64,000 bases of DNA, from the NCBI RefSeq assembly GCF_009914755.1, contig NC_060929.1. One strand, 5' to 3'. Source of the stretch: the human T2T-CHM13v2.0 reference genome, Homo sapiens. Made by a program: the position numbers and the translations under genes. This document shows, piece after piece, positions 17,165 to 32,294 of the stretch (within the stretch, counting starts at the first letter, position 1; the number at the start of each line of letters is the position of its first letter). Under the pieces are notes generated by a model. It saw nothing but the letters and a program-made list of their open reading frames with translations, did no database searches and was not told the origin of the DNA.

Positions 17165-17789
17165 CTCATCCATTGCTAACTCCAAATCAGCTTTTTTCCT
17201 CAGTTGTGTATTCTATAGGTATGAACCCTAAGGAAAAAGGAATAGATGGGTGCCCAAATCCATAATGCATAGAAGAAAAATAATTTGAGAGAAAGCTATT
17301 ACATACATTTTCTTAGATTTTAGAACTTTATCTTTAGAATGGGCATCATAGTTCATCTATTTCATAAAACACTTTCCCCTTTCCTTCCCTTCTGTCACAC
17401 TCATGCAAATCTCTCTGTAACATGTTAGCACAAATGGGGAAACCAAAAGACAGGTTTGCAGAGTGTTTATGAAAACATAAATCATCCACAGAAACCACTG
17501 ATCTTTTCCATGTTATATCCTGAATCATGGATGGCTCTGTAGTCCTAAATAGTCACACCCTACAAATTCATATTTTTCCAATGAGATGAAATATGAAGAT
17601 GAGGAAATAGAATTTTCTTTCCTTTTGGAGAAAATAAAGAAGTGCAGGAGTTTGTCAACAGACTGTCTTCAGATAAATCTACTTAAAGACGGCGGGATTG
17701 TTTCAGAGTCCTTGAAAGGAAAAAACAAGAGAACCTTCATTTAATACCAGTTTTCCCAAGCCCCTGCCTTTGGTTCTGAGACTTTTCAA

Positions 17790-18050
17790 CTCATTCCACA
17801 AACCTGCATCAATCACTTATTCTGTGCCAGGCCTTCATTTAAGCATTGGCAAGAATAAGACATAGTCATGTCTCTGGAGTTTCAGTTTGAAAGGAGACCC
17901 CGACACATGGAGTAACAATTAAAATACCATATGTCAAGAACCATAGCAGGGATATCTGCAAAGTGCTTGGAACTCATCAAAGGGGCAAAACTGACACTCC
18001 TCTAGAAAAAGTCAAGGAAGTCTTCCCAGAGGAAGTGGCACATAATGGAG
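17790..18050 (-). mobile_element. L2 fragment
   Basis: CACTTATTCTGTGCCAGGC...AAGGAAGTCTTCCCAGAGGAAGTG resemble the L2 3' end reversed. Confidence 0.55.
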
Positions 18051-18649
18051 AATAAAGAACTCCTTGAAATCTGTGCAGGCAAGTCCTATTTCTCCCTCCT
18101 CATTTTCTCACAATAATACAGAAGAGAGCAGCCCAACAGCATGTTGCTTTCGGATGAATCATGAGAATGCTAGGCAACTGCCACCTCTAATAGCATCTCT
18201 AAGGAAAGCAATTAACTGGCAATTTTCCTTTATTATTACACTCATGCACATAATTAAATATCCTTAACACACTTATTTCATAGCATTTTATAAAGAATGA
18301 TAACTCTATGTTACCTTATACTAATAATAATATAATCAGCCACAAGTTTCACATGCTTCAATGTATTCTTTCTACAAATTATTATAAAATACAAGTTTAA
18401 TGGGAGTTTAAGGATTTGCACCAAGCCTTTTCCTCTAAGACACCACTGCTTTTCTTTATTTCACAGTGGGAAAAATATCTTAAAAGTCTTGCCTTAGATT
18501 CCTCTGAATTTTAAGGAAAGTGTAAATGTTTATACAGATATATTAAAAAATCCCTCTGATTTCTCAAAAGTCATTCTAAAAGATTTTGTCAGTTTTCGCA
18601 TTTTACTTTAAGATATATGATTATTGTCATTGTGCTATCTTTATCATAC

Positions 18650-18790
18650 TATATAAATATGCACACACATATATATGCTTACATATGTATACTTTTTATG
18701 TATTATGTTATTTTATATATAATACATTTGTTTTGTATATATAAGTACATATACATATGTAGATATATGTATATGCATAATTTGTGTACC
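18650..18790. repeat. TA/CA-rich low-complexity tract
   Basis: Degenerate TATA/TACA/TATG run. Confidence 0.7.
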
Positions 18791-20359
18791 TATAAAAACA
18801 TACAATAAGGAACTCTTTAACCTTGCCTTAAATCTCATCTCTATGTCTTATTAATTTTTCTCAAATTGCTTTCACGTAGTCTGTAGGTACCAAGATAAAA
18901 ACATTCAATTCCAAATATGGTTTCCCCGGTTATGTATTACCAACAACATCCTGACTATCTATTACAAGACCTTATATGTGCAATTTAAAATTCACTTTTC
19001 TAGAAGTAAGTGTCCATTTATTTCACTTTGACTTATTGCAGTTTCAGACTCTGTTTGAATCTATATGTCGTAGTGGCAGACCCAGCCTGATAATGAAACA
19101 ATCTGACTGAAGGTGATCATTATTCCCCTAGTTTGGCCCTTTGTATCTGAACATCATATATAAAAGTTTCCTTTGAAAGTTACAACCTACCACTTTTTAA
19201 TTTGAACAAAAAACAATCCTGGTATGCTCAATGTTTCAAGAGATGACTTAATATTTCAAATAATAATATCTCTTTTATATGTAGCATTCTTATTTTTGAT
19301 ACATTTTGATAACTAGTGTCCTATGTATGCTTACAAAAGTTTACACAATAAGTGATGAAGGAATTTAGAATAGTAACTCTTTAAAAGCATAAAGTCAGAG
19401 GATAAGCTTTAAAAACTGTTATAATACCTTCATAGTCTGTTATAATGCCTTTTGAAGTCTGTGTTATAAAATCTTTCTAATAACAATGATGTGGTTACAT
19501 TTGAAGGGAAGCAAAACTAAGGATTTGCCCTAGGTGACAAAGCAAGCCCTTTGTGGGACGAAGAAGTCTCTGTCTGGTTCCTAACTCATCAAAACACACT
19601 GCTGCCTTTCTTTTCAAATATGTACCTTGCACACAAAATTATTACTTCAGGTGCTGAACCAAAGTATATGAGTGTACCTTCTTCTAATTCTCAAATACTA
19701 TAAGCCAATTTACTTCACATTTCTCTTAAGCTGGTTTTTAGCACAAGCAAGCTAGCAAAGGTTGTGCTAAGAACTTTCTGTTGGGATTTTTGTGTGTATG
19801 TGTGCAGAATTATCTTTAAGTTCAGTGCAGAACCATGTTTCCAAGTAAGTAATTTATCTGTGCAGTGGTTTAACAAAAATTAAATTGTATCATTCTTTAA
19901 ATACCTCATTACTCAATGTTGCTAATGCTCCTGTGTCATTAACCATAAGCCACCTGGGATTTTCCAGCTCTGCTGTGTATCACTGGTTGCCACACTAGGA
20001 TACAGATGCATGAGCATAATTAAAACCTATTTATTAGTGTCATGCAGGAGTGTAGCATGTACACTTTTCAGGACATTCTGTCTTGAAACAAGAGTTTGGT
20101 TTTTCCAAAAGTCTAGTTCATATGCTTCCATGATTCTGAGCAGTAGCAGCCCAGCATAAACATGAAGAGATAATAAGATGATTTCTCAAAGTGCTTTCTC
20201 TACCTGTTCCTGCCTATGAACACGCAATTGCTTTTCAGAGAAAGAAATGACAAAAGGAAGATTACCAAACATGAATGATCTACCACCAATTCCAAGTCAA
20301 AAGACACATAGAAGCTTTGGTTTCACTAAAAAGAATTTTTACATAAAAAAGTGTGTTAA

Positions 20360-20660
20360 GGCCAGGCACAGTGGTTCGTGCCTGTAATCCTGGCACTTTG
20401 GGAGGCTGAGGTGTGTGTATCACTTGAGGTTGTGAGTTCAAGACCAGCCTGGTCAACATGGCGAGACCCCATCTCTACAAAAAGTACAAAAATTAGCCAG
20501 GCTTAGTGGCAAGCACCTGTAGTCCACCTACTCAGGAGGTTGAGGCAAGAGGATGGCTTGAGCCTGGGAGGTCAAGGCTGCAGTGAACCAAGAACATGCC
20601 ATCGCACTCCAGCCTGGGTGACAGAGAATGAGACACTGTCTCACACACACACACACAAAA
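20360..20660 (+). mobile_element. AluJ with a (CA)n tail
   Basis: GGAGGTCAAGGCTGCAGTGA and GGATGGCTTGAGCC J-type positions; tail reads (CA)7 then AAA. Confidence 0.9.
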
Positions 20661-21227
20661 GATGGTTATTAATATTGTAACTCTTCTTTCCTCTTCACCA
20701 TCCCACCAGTCATTTCACAACGTCTTTATGATGCCCCTAAATTTTTTTGCACTTGCTGCCTTTATTCTATTCAAGTTCTCATTGCCAAGAAAAAACAATA
20801 AAATAAAAAGTTCTCAAGATTTACTTTGTAAAACACTGGGGTTCCAAGAGTTGGTCTGAGATTTCTTCTTAAATGAAATCTCGGTGGGGTTTTTTAAGAT
20901 TTTCAGGAGGTGAGGCAATTAATGAACTGGGTTTTCTCAATTGGTTGGGTTTGCTTCCTACATTTTTCTTAAAAGTTTGGGAGATCTGCAGCTTGTCCAC
21001 ACTAGAATGTGGTATGAGATGATATTTATAGAACAAAATTATTATCTTTGTTGTTTTAAATTGAATATAACAATGCTTCATGATGTTCTGCAAAGATGAT
21101 TATGACTTTCAGGAGTTCTGCCACATCAGCAAGTTTGGGTTTTTAAAACTGTTTCCAATTTCTTGCAGAATCATCTTCCTAAAGTACATCTCTGATCCAC
21201 TCCTCCATAAAAAATTTTCATAGGCTC

Positions 21228-21585
21228 TGATATGGTTTTGTTGTGTACCTCCCCAAATCTCACCTTGAATTGTAATAATCCCCATGTGTCAAAGGAGGGA
21301 CCGAGTGGGAGGTAATTCAATCATGGGGGCGGGTTTTTCCCATGCTATTCTCATAATAGTGAATAAGTCTCATGAGATCTGATGGTGTTATAATGCGGAG
21401 TTCCCCTGCACATGCCCTCTTGCCTGCAGCCATGTAAGACGTCCCTTGGCTCTTCCTTCATATTCTGCCATGATCATGAGACCTCCCCAGCCATCTGGAA
21501 CTGTGAGTCCATTAAACCACTTTCCTTCATAAATTACCTAGTCTCCAGTATGTGTTTATTAGCAACATGAGAACAGACTAATACA
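21228..21585 (+). mobile_element. THE1 (THE1C/D-like) MaLR solo LTR
   Basis: TGATATGGTTT...AACAGACTAATACA, 358 bp; perfect 5-bp TSD GGCTC at 21223-21227 and 21586-21590. Confidence 0.93.
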
Positions 21586-21689
21586 GGCTCCCCATTGCCT
21601 GCTGCACAAAATCCAAACACCCATGCAAAGCACTCAGAGGTCCAGTGAGCTGTGCTAAGTGCATCACTTTTTGCAAAAGCAAACTTTCC

Positions 21690-21780
21690 CAGGTGATGGT
21701 TACACTAAAATCTGATCTCACCACTAGACAATATACCCATGTAACGAAACTGTACTTATATACCTTAAACATACAATTTT
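21690..21780 (+). mobile_element. L1MA-type 3' terminal fragment
   Basis: GGTGATGGTTACACTAAAA...CACCACTA...CCATGTAAC; its tail is the target of the neighbouring L1. Confidence 0.65.
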
Positions 21781-22063
21781 CCTTTTTCTAGAATAATTTG
21801 CAATTTATTTCTTTATTCTTTCTATCTTTCCATTGTTTTCCATATTGATACAAATTTTTTTATTATACTTTAAGTTCTAGGACACATGTGCACAATGTGC
21901 AGGTTTGTTTCCTAGGTATACAGTGCCACGTTGGTTTGCTGCACCCATCAACTCGTCATTTACATTAGGTATTTCTCCTAATGTTATCCCTCTCCTAGCC
22001 CCCCACCCCCTGACTGGCCCTGGTGTGTGATGTTCCCCACCTTGTGTCCATGTGTTCTCATTC

Positions 22064-25894
<3,831 letters not shown>

Positions 25895-25954
25895 TTGATG
25901 CTAGCAGGTTATTTTGTCCCTTAATTGATGCAGTTTCTTCATAGCATCGATGGT

Positions 25955-26962
25955 CTTTACCATTTGGCATGTTTTTGCAGTGGCTGATACCAGTCGTTCC
26001 TTTCCATGTTTAGTGCTTCCTGCAGGAGCTCTTGTAAGGCAGGCCTGGTGGTGACAAAATCTCTCAGCATTTGTCTGTAAAGGATTTTATTTCTCCTTCA
26101 TTTATGAAGCTTAGTTTGGCTGGATATGAGATTCTGGGTTGAAAATTCTTTTCCTTAAGAATGTTGAATATTGGCCCCCACTCTCTTCTGGCTTGTAGGG
26201 TTTCTGCTGAAAGATCCGCTGTTAGTCTGATGGGCTTCCCTTTGTGGGTAACCCAACCTTTCTCTCTGGCTGCCCTTAACATTTTTTCCTCATTTCAACC
26301 TTGGTAAATGTGACAATTATGTGTCTTGGGGTTGCTCTTCTCTAGAAGTATCTTTGTGCTGTTCTCTGTATTTCCTGAATTTGAATGTTGGCCTGCCTTG
26401 CTGGTTAGGGAAGTTCTCCTGGATAATATCCTGAAGAGTGTTTTCTAACTTGGTTCCATTCTCCCCGTCACTTTCCAGTACACCAATCAAATGTATACTT
26501 GGTCTTTTCACACAGTCCCATATTTCTTGGAGGCTTTGTTCATTTCTTTTCACTCTTTTTTCTCTAATCTTGTCTCCTCACTTTATTTCATTAATATGAT
26601 CTTCAATCACTGATATCCTTTCTTCCACTTGATTGAAGCTTTTGCATGTGTCACAGAAATCTCGTGCCATGGTTTTCAGCTCCCTCAGGTCATTTAAGGT
26701 GTTCTTTACACTGTTTATTCTAGTTAGCCATTCGTCTAGCCTTTTCGAGGTTTTTAGATTCCTTGTGATGGGTTCGAACATGCTCCTTTAGCTCGGAGAA
26801 GTTTGTTATTAGCAGTCTTCTGAAGCTTACTTCTGTCAACTCGTCAAAGTCATTCTCCATCCAGTTTTGTTCCCTTGCTGGCAAGGAGCAGCGATCTTTT
26901 GGAGGAGAAGAGCCAATTTGTTTTTTGGAATTCTCAGGTTTTCTGCTCTGGTTTCTCCCCAT
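25955..26962 (-). pseudogene. ORF1: L1 ORF1, frameshifted
   Basis: MGRNQSRK... start at 26962; fragments LRAAREKG and YPAKLSF in separate ORFs. Confidence 0.85.
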
Positions 26963-29137
26963 CTTTGTGGTTTTATCTACCTTTGGTCTTTGATGTTGGT
27001 GACCTATGTGTGGAGTTTTGGTGTGGATGTCCTTTTTGTTGATGTTGATGCTACTCTTTTCTGTTTGTTAGTTTTCCTTCTAACAGTCAGACCCCTCAGC
27101 TTCAGGGCTGTTGGAGTTTGCTGGAGGTCCACTCCAGACCCTGTTTGCCTGGGTATCACCAGGGGAGGCTGCAGAACAGCAAATATTGCTGCCTGATCCT
27201 TCCTCTGGAAGATTCATCCCAGAGTGGCACCCACCTGTGTGAGATGTCTGTCAGCCCCTATTGGGAGGTGTTTCCCAGTCAGGCTACACAGGGGTCAGGG
27301 ACCTGCTTGACAAGGCAGTCTATCTGTTCTTGGAGCTTGAACGCTGTGCTGAGAGAACCACTGCTCTCTTCAGAGCTGTCAGACAGGGACGTTTAATTCT
27401 GCAGAAGCTGTCTGTTGCCTTTTGTTCTACTATGCCTTGCCCCAGAGGTGGAATCTATAGAGGCTGATCTGTGGTGGGCTCTGCCCAGTTCATGCTTCCA
27501 AGCCTCTTTATTTACACTGTGAGCTACTCAAGCCTCAGCAATGACGGACACCCCTCCCCCCAACTAGCTGCAGCATCCCAGGTCTATCTCAGACTGCTGT
27601 GCTAGTGGTGAACAAGGCTCCGTGGGCATGGGACCCACCGAGCCAGGCACGGGAGGGTATCTCCTAGTTGGCTGCTTGCTAAGTCCGTGGGAATAGCACA
27701 GTATTTGGTCAGGAGTGTACTGTTTCTCCAGTTACCGTCTGTCATGGCTTCCCTTGGCTAGGAAAGGGAACTCCCCTGACCCCTTGCACTCCCCTGGTGA
27801 GGCAACATCCCACCCTGCTTCTGCTCACCCTCCATGGGCTGCACCCACTGTCCAACCAGCCCAATGAGATGAACCAGGTACCTCAGTTGGAAATGCAGAA
27901 ATCACCCATCTTCTGCGTCAATCTCACTGGGAGCTGCAGACCGGAGCTGTTCCTATTCGGCCATCTTGGAAGCAACCATCAACATACAATTTTTCTTAAA
28001 AACCTTTCCCTACTTCACACAGTAAGGCTTGACTTTTGTGTGAATGTGTGTGTTTGCAGAGTTCTATTACACAACACATACTCAGAGAGAGACCATTTTC
28101 ACTCATAATACATTTCTGCAATCTATGTGATTTATTTTTCCAAGGAAGACATGTTTAATTACATATTGTATTCTTAAGTAAGAAACTTGTACAAAATAAA
28201 TTACAGGCATGCCCACAGTAACAGGTGAAAAAATAAAGCTGTGAATATATACCCTAGGACTCCTAGATATAATAAAATTATCCCTCAAGACAAATAAGAA
28301 ATATCAAATACTGCAATTGTAGCTACCTAAGGGACTGAAGCATATATAGCACATAAGACTACACTATGATATTTTACCTAAAATTAATATGTAGGCTATA
28401 ACAAACAGTAAATTGCTCATTAACAACAATCATATTTATATCCTAAGGATTTAGAAATATTTATTTGGGTAATTTGGAATGCTTAGGTCTTTCAAAGAAA
28501 GCTGTCCAAAGAAAATCGAATGGGTGTCTTTTCTTGTAATCAATTTACTTGTAGTGAGAAAGTATTCAAATTCATTATATTTTCTCAGGATATTCTCAGG
28601 CAGGTACATCAATATGTTTTTATAATTGTTACCCATTGAAAAATACTTTTTTAAAAATAAGGACTATTCCAACATTTTCCCATCTTTGTCTTTCTTGCTT
28701 TAGTTAAAGCTGGTAACAAATTAAATAAAGACCATTAAGAAAAAATGAGTTTCACTCACTTAACATTTTCTTGACACTAGTCAGAGAAGAATATTCTCAT
28801 TTAGACAGAAATTTTTGAAATTCTTTTTTAATATAGACAGTTTAAAAAATTACTTTAAACCATCTCAGATCTTATAAGGGAATTTCAGAATGGCAAATCT
28901 AAGTCACCTTTAGTTGAACAAGAGAGACATAGCAATTTAGGATTTCATTTAAAAAGAGCTCGGAAAAGATCAGTGTTGAGGATAAAAGATGCATTCATCA
29001 GGATTCAACCCTTTGTAGCAATCTGGCTTCAATGTCAGAGCCCTTTATTCAGCATTCTTTCTCCTTTGCACTTTTTGTGTACCAATCAAAAGAACTCATG
29101 GATGAGACAGTAAAATGAGTACAACCACTTGAGGAAG

Positions 29138-29710
29138 CTGGCAGTATCTTCTGATACCGAGCTTATACATATTTTATGACCCAACAATTCCACTTTTATC
29201 TGCACACTTGACTCAGATAAATACATCTATTCACCTAGACATGTCCTAGCATGCTCATAGAAGCACCATTTCTAATAGCCAGAAATACCCAAATTCCATC
29301 AAGAGTAAAATTGATAAATAATGTATATTTACACATTATACACAAATGAGAATGAATGTTAACAGCAACCACATGCAGTATGATGGCTCTCATTAACATA
29401 ATGTTGAGTGAAAGAAGCTAGAAACAAAAGAGTACTTAATGTATGATGTAAGTTATATGACCAAAACATGAGCCAAAGTACCAAAGCACCCTATGCTGTT
29501 AGAAGTCAATGTCATGATTACCCTCAGTGGAGAGAGGAATGAGGAGCCAGAATAGATTGTGAGGGGGCTTATGTGGTGCCGGTAATGTTCTTCTTCTTGA
29601 TCTAAGTGCTGGTGACACAGATGTGTTCAGTAGCTAAAAGTTTATTGATTTTAAGTGATGATATTTTTACTTTTCTGAAAGTATATTCTAATTTGATAGT
29701 GTTTAAAAGA
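29138..29710 (+). mobile_element. Ancient L1M (ME-like) 3' fragment
   Basis: TATGACCCAACAATTCCACT, ACATAATGTTGAGTGAAAGAAGC motifs. Confidence 0.65.
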
Positions 29711-29775
29711 GGATCCAGGAATTCAAAAGCACCTTTCTACTGCCACAAAGAATCACATCCCTTGAAAGATGTTAA

Positions 29776-30052
29776 GGACTGAGCATGGTGTCTCACGCTT
29801 GTAATTCCAATGTTTTGAGGTGCTGAGGCAGGAGGATGACTTGAGCCCAGGAGTTCAAGACAAGCTTGGGAAACATAGAGAGACTCTGTCTCCATTAAAA
29901 AAAAATGTATATATATATAATATTAGCCAGGTGTGGTAGCACATGCTTGTTAATCCCAGCTTCCAAGCTACTTGGGAGGCTATAGCAGGAGTCCAAGAGT
30001 TCCAGCCTGGGTGACAGAGACAGAGTGAGACCCTGTCTCAAAAAAAAAAAAA
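29776..30052 (+). mobile_element. AluJ with right-arm deletion and (TA)n in the linker
   Basis: GGAGGATGACTTGAGCCCAGGAGTTC; right arm jumps from GCAGGA to TCCAGCCTGGG; TSD-like ATGTTAAGG on both sides. Confidence 0.85.
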
Positions 30053-31199
30053 AATGTTAAGGTTCCCTGAGTATCCCAGTGAGTGCCAGATTGAAATATT
30101 ATTCAAACAAGGCATAAATCAGCCAAACATTCAATCCAGCTGAGTTGAGGATTTTGGTTTTTGTTTCTGTTGGGTATTTATAAGTAAAGACTATCAGAAA
30201 ACTGGAAATGAAAGTTAGTTAGTATCTCAGACTACACTCTGCACCAAGTAGTTTGCTTAAGAATCGACTTCAAAACAGCTCACATGAAGCACTTAGGATA
30301 TATCACTCCAATTTTTTTATCAGAACTAATATTTATGAATTAGAAACTGATGGAGAATTAAACTTCATGGAGAATTTCAAAAGGTCAAGAACATGACAGC
30401 TTGTCTTCCTCTGGAAATTTGCTGTGGCTTCATCACCATGAAAATATGTTTCTCCACCCTCCCCATCACTTCCCCTAAATTGTTTTTCTTTAACAAGTCA
30501 AATATGTAGAAAAAAACATTTTTATCAACTCTTCTGCCATTGTGACATTGTTGTAAACTATATTTCCCAAGATTCAAACACAAACATAATGTAATAATAA
30601 CAGCTGGACACTTGGAAGATGTTAGCAAGTGACCATGCAGATACTTTAAATCTGGACTCTCTTTGGATTCTAGAGAGCATGTTTCTAAGATCACGTTGTC
30701 TTCTTCAGGAGTCAACCATACAATCACTTTCCTCAGGAAGTTCCATAGGACAAGATATAGAACAACACACAAATAAATATTCAAAGAAGAGAATGTTTTG
30801 ATGTGTCTGGTTCCTCTGACTCAAAAAAAAAAAAGGTCTCTTTTAAGGACTCAGACAGGGACAAGGGCTCCCTTCCTTCTTCATGGGAACAGATGCAAAA
30901 GATCTCTTCTGACTGGCCCCTTCTCTTTAAATCTTCTTTTTTCATTTATTTCTAAAGTATCCAAAGGCACAGGACAGGCTGCTGCTACACATCATTATTT
31001 GCAGTCCTTTGAATGTCTTCAGCAAATGACCTCACTACCTCCTAGAAGGACATGAGTCAGACCTTAGCATGAAAACAAACATACACCTAAACCATGTCAC
31101 ACTCTTGAGAACATATTCCTCTTAGCTTCACAGATGCTGAGAGTGTTAAGATTTGAGCACAGTACATAAGTCATTTGAATTAAAGCCTTCTTCATACAA

Positions 31200-31290
31200 T
31201 CAAATTAAGAGACTTGGCTAAGGGCACACAGCTAATTAGAGCTTAAGCTAAGACTAGAATCCTAGATTGCTAATTCCTAGTCTAATGCTT
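31200..31290 (-). mobile_element. MIR fragment
   Basis: TTAAGAGACTTGGCTAAGGGCACACAGCTA. Confidence 0.55.
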
Positions 31291-31753
31291 ATTTGTGCTA
31301 TATCAAGAGGCCTTTAAGTCATGAGAAATTACATAAATGAATGACAATCTACTTTTGTGGGTTATGCATTGCTACTCAAGCGGAGCCAAGAGCTGTAAGC
31401 CACAGAGTAAAATAAAACTCTGTATGAACTGGACATTCTTCAGGAGATATGTGATGTGCCAGAGATTCCTGACATCTCCACCTACTTGCACAGCTGTTGT
31501 TACACATGATGAACACCAAGGAGATAATATAAGGAAAGGAAAACAAGGCACGCACATCTGCATGTGCATGCACACACCTCCTCTCCCTTGCCCTACTGTA
31601 ATCCATCTGATGAGCTACCTATATCCTAAGAACATAGGTCAAGAAAGATATGCAACAGCATCCCAGTTTTACGAGGGAGAACGGAAAGAATCAAGTCCAC
31701 CAGAGATGGACTTTTTCAGGGACCTTAAGAATCAGTAAGAAAAGAAAGGAATT

Positions 31754-32040
31754 TTCATTCATTCCTTCTTTCACTCAGCACATTTGTATCTTATTCCTGC
31801 CATGTCCAGGTATGGTGCTAGTCAGTGAGGATACACAGATAAAACATACAAGTCCCTGCCTTCAGGATGCTAACAGTTAATTGGGCAGGCAACAATTGCC
31901 AAGCTGTGTGGGAAGTGCCATGGTGGAACGTGGCAGCTGAGAGAAAAGATTTACAAAGGGTGGAGGCTGGGGGATGCAGAGAAGCAGAAGGGAGAAGAGG
32001 ATACAGGAAAAAGTTAATGCTAAGAAGGTCTTCCCAAGAG
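31754..32040 (-). mobile_element. L2 3' fragment
   Basis: TTCATTCATTC tail followed by GTCCCTGCCTTCAGGA. Confidence 0.65.
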
Positions 32041-32109
32041 TGAATAGTAAAAATATTAGAAATTACATCATTTTCTTCTCTAAGAGACATTCTCACATAC
32101 TCAATAGTT

Positions 32110-32294
32110 CGGTGGTTCTCAAAGTGTGGTCCCAAGGCTAGATGTGTCAGCATCACCTGAGAACTTGTTGGAAACAGAAATGGTCTGACCATATCCCAGA
32201 ACTACTGAATCAGAAACTCTTAGGATGGGGCCCAGCACTCTGTTGTAACAAGCCCCCAGGTAATTCTAATGCGCTCTAAAGTTGGAGAACCATT
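32110..32294. mobile_element. MER5A (hAT-Charlie MITE)
   Basis: TIR-like GTGGTTCTCAAA and GGAGAACCAT; internal CTACTGAATCAGAAACTCT. Confidence 0.85.

Noticed and set aside
19416-19468. Three degenerate ~21-bp units containing TGTTATAA
   Set aside because: Short, imperfect and AT-rich; ordinary slippage or chance
30377-31738. ORFs of 135 aa and 133 aa
   Set aside because: No recognisable domains; lengths compatible with chance in 64 kb
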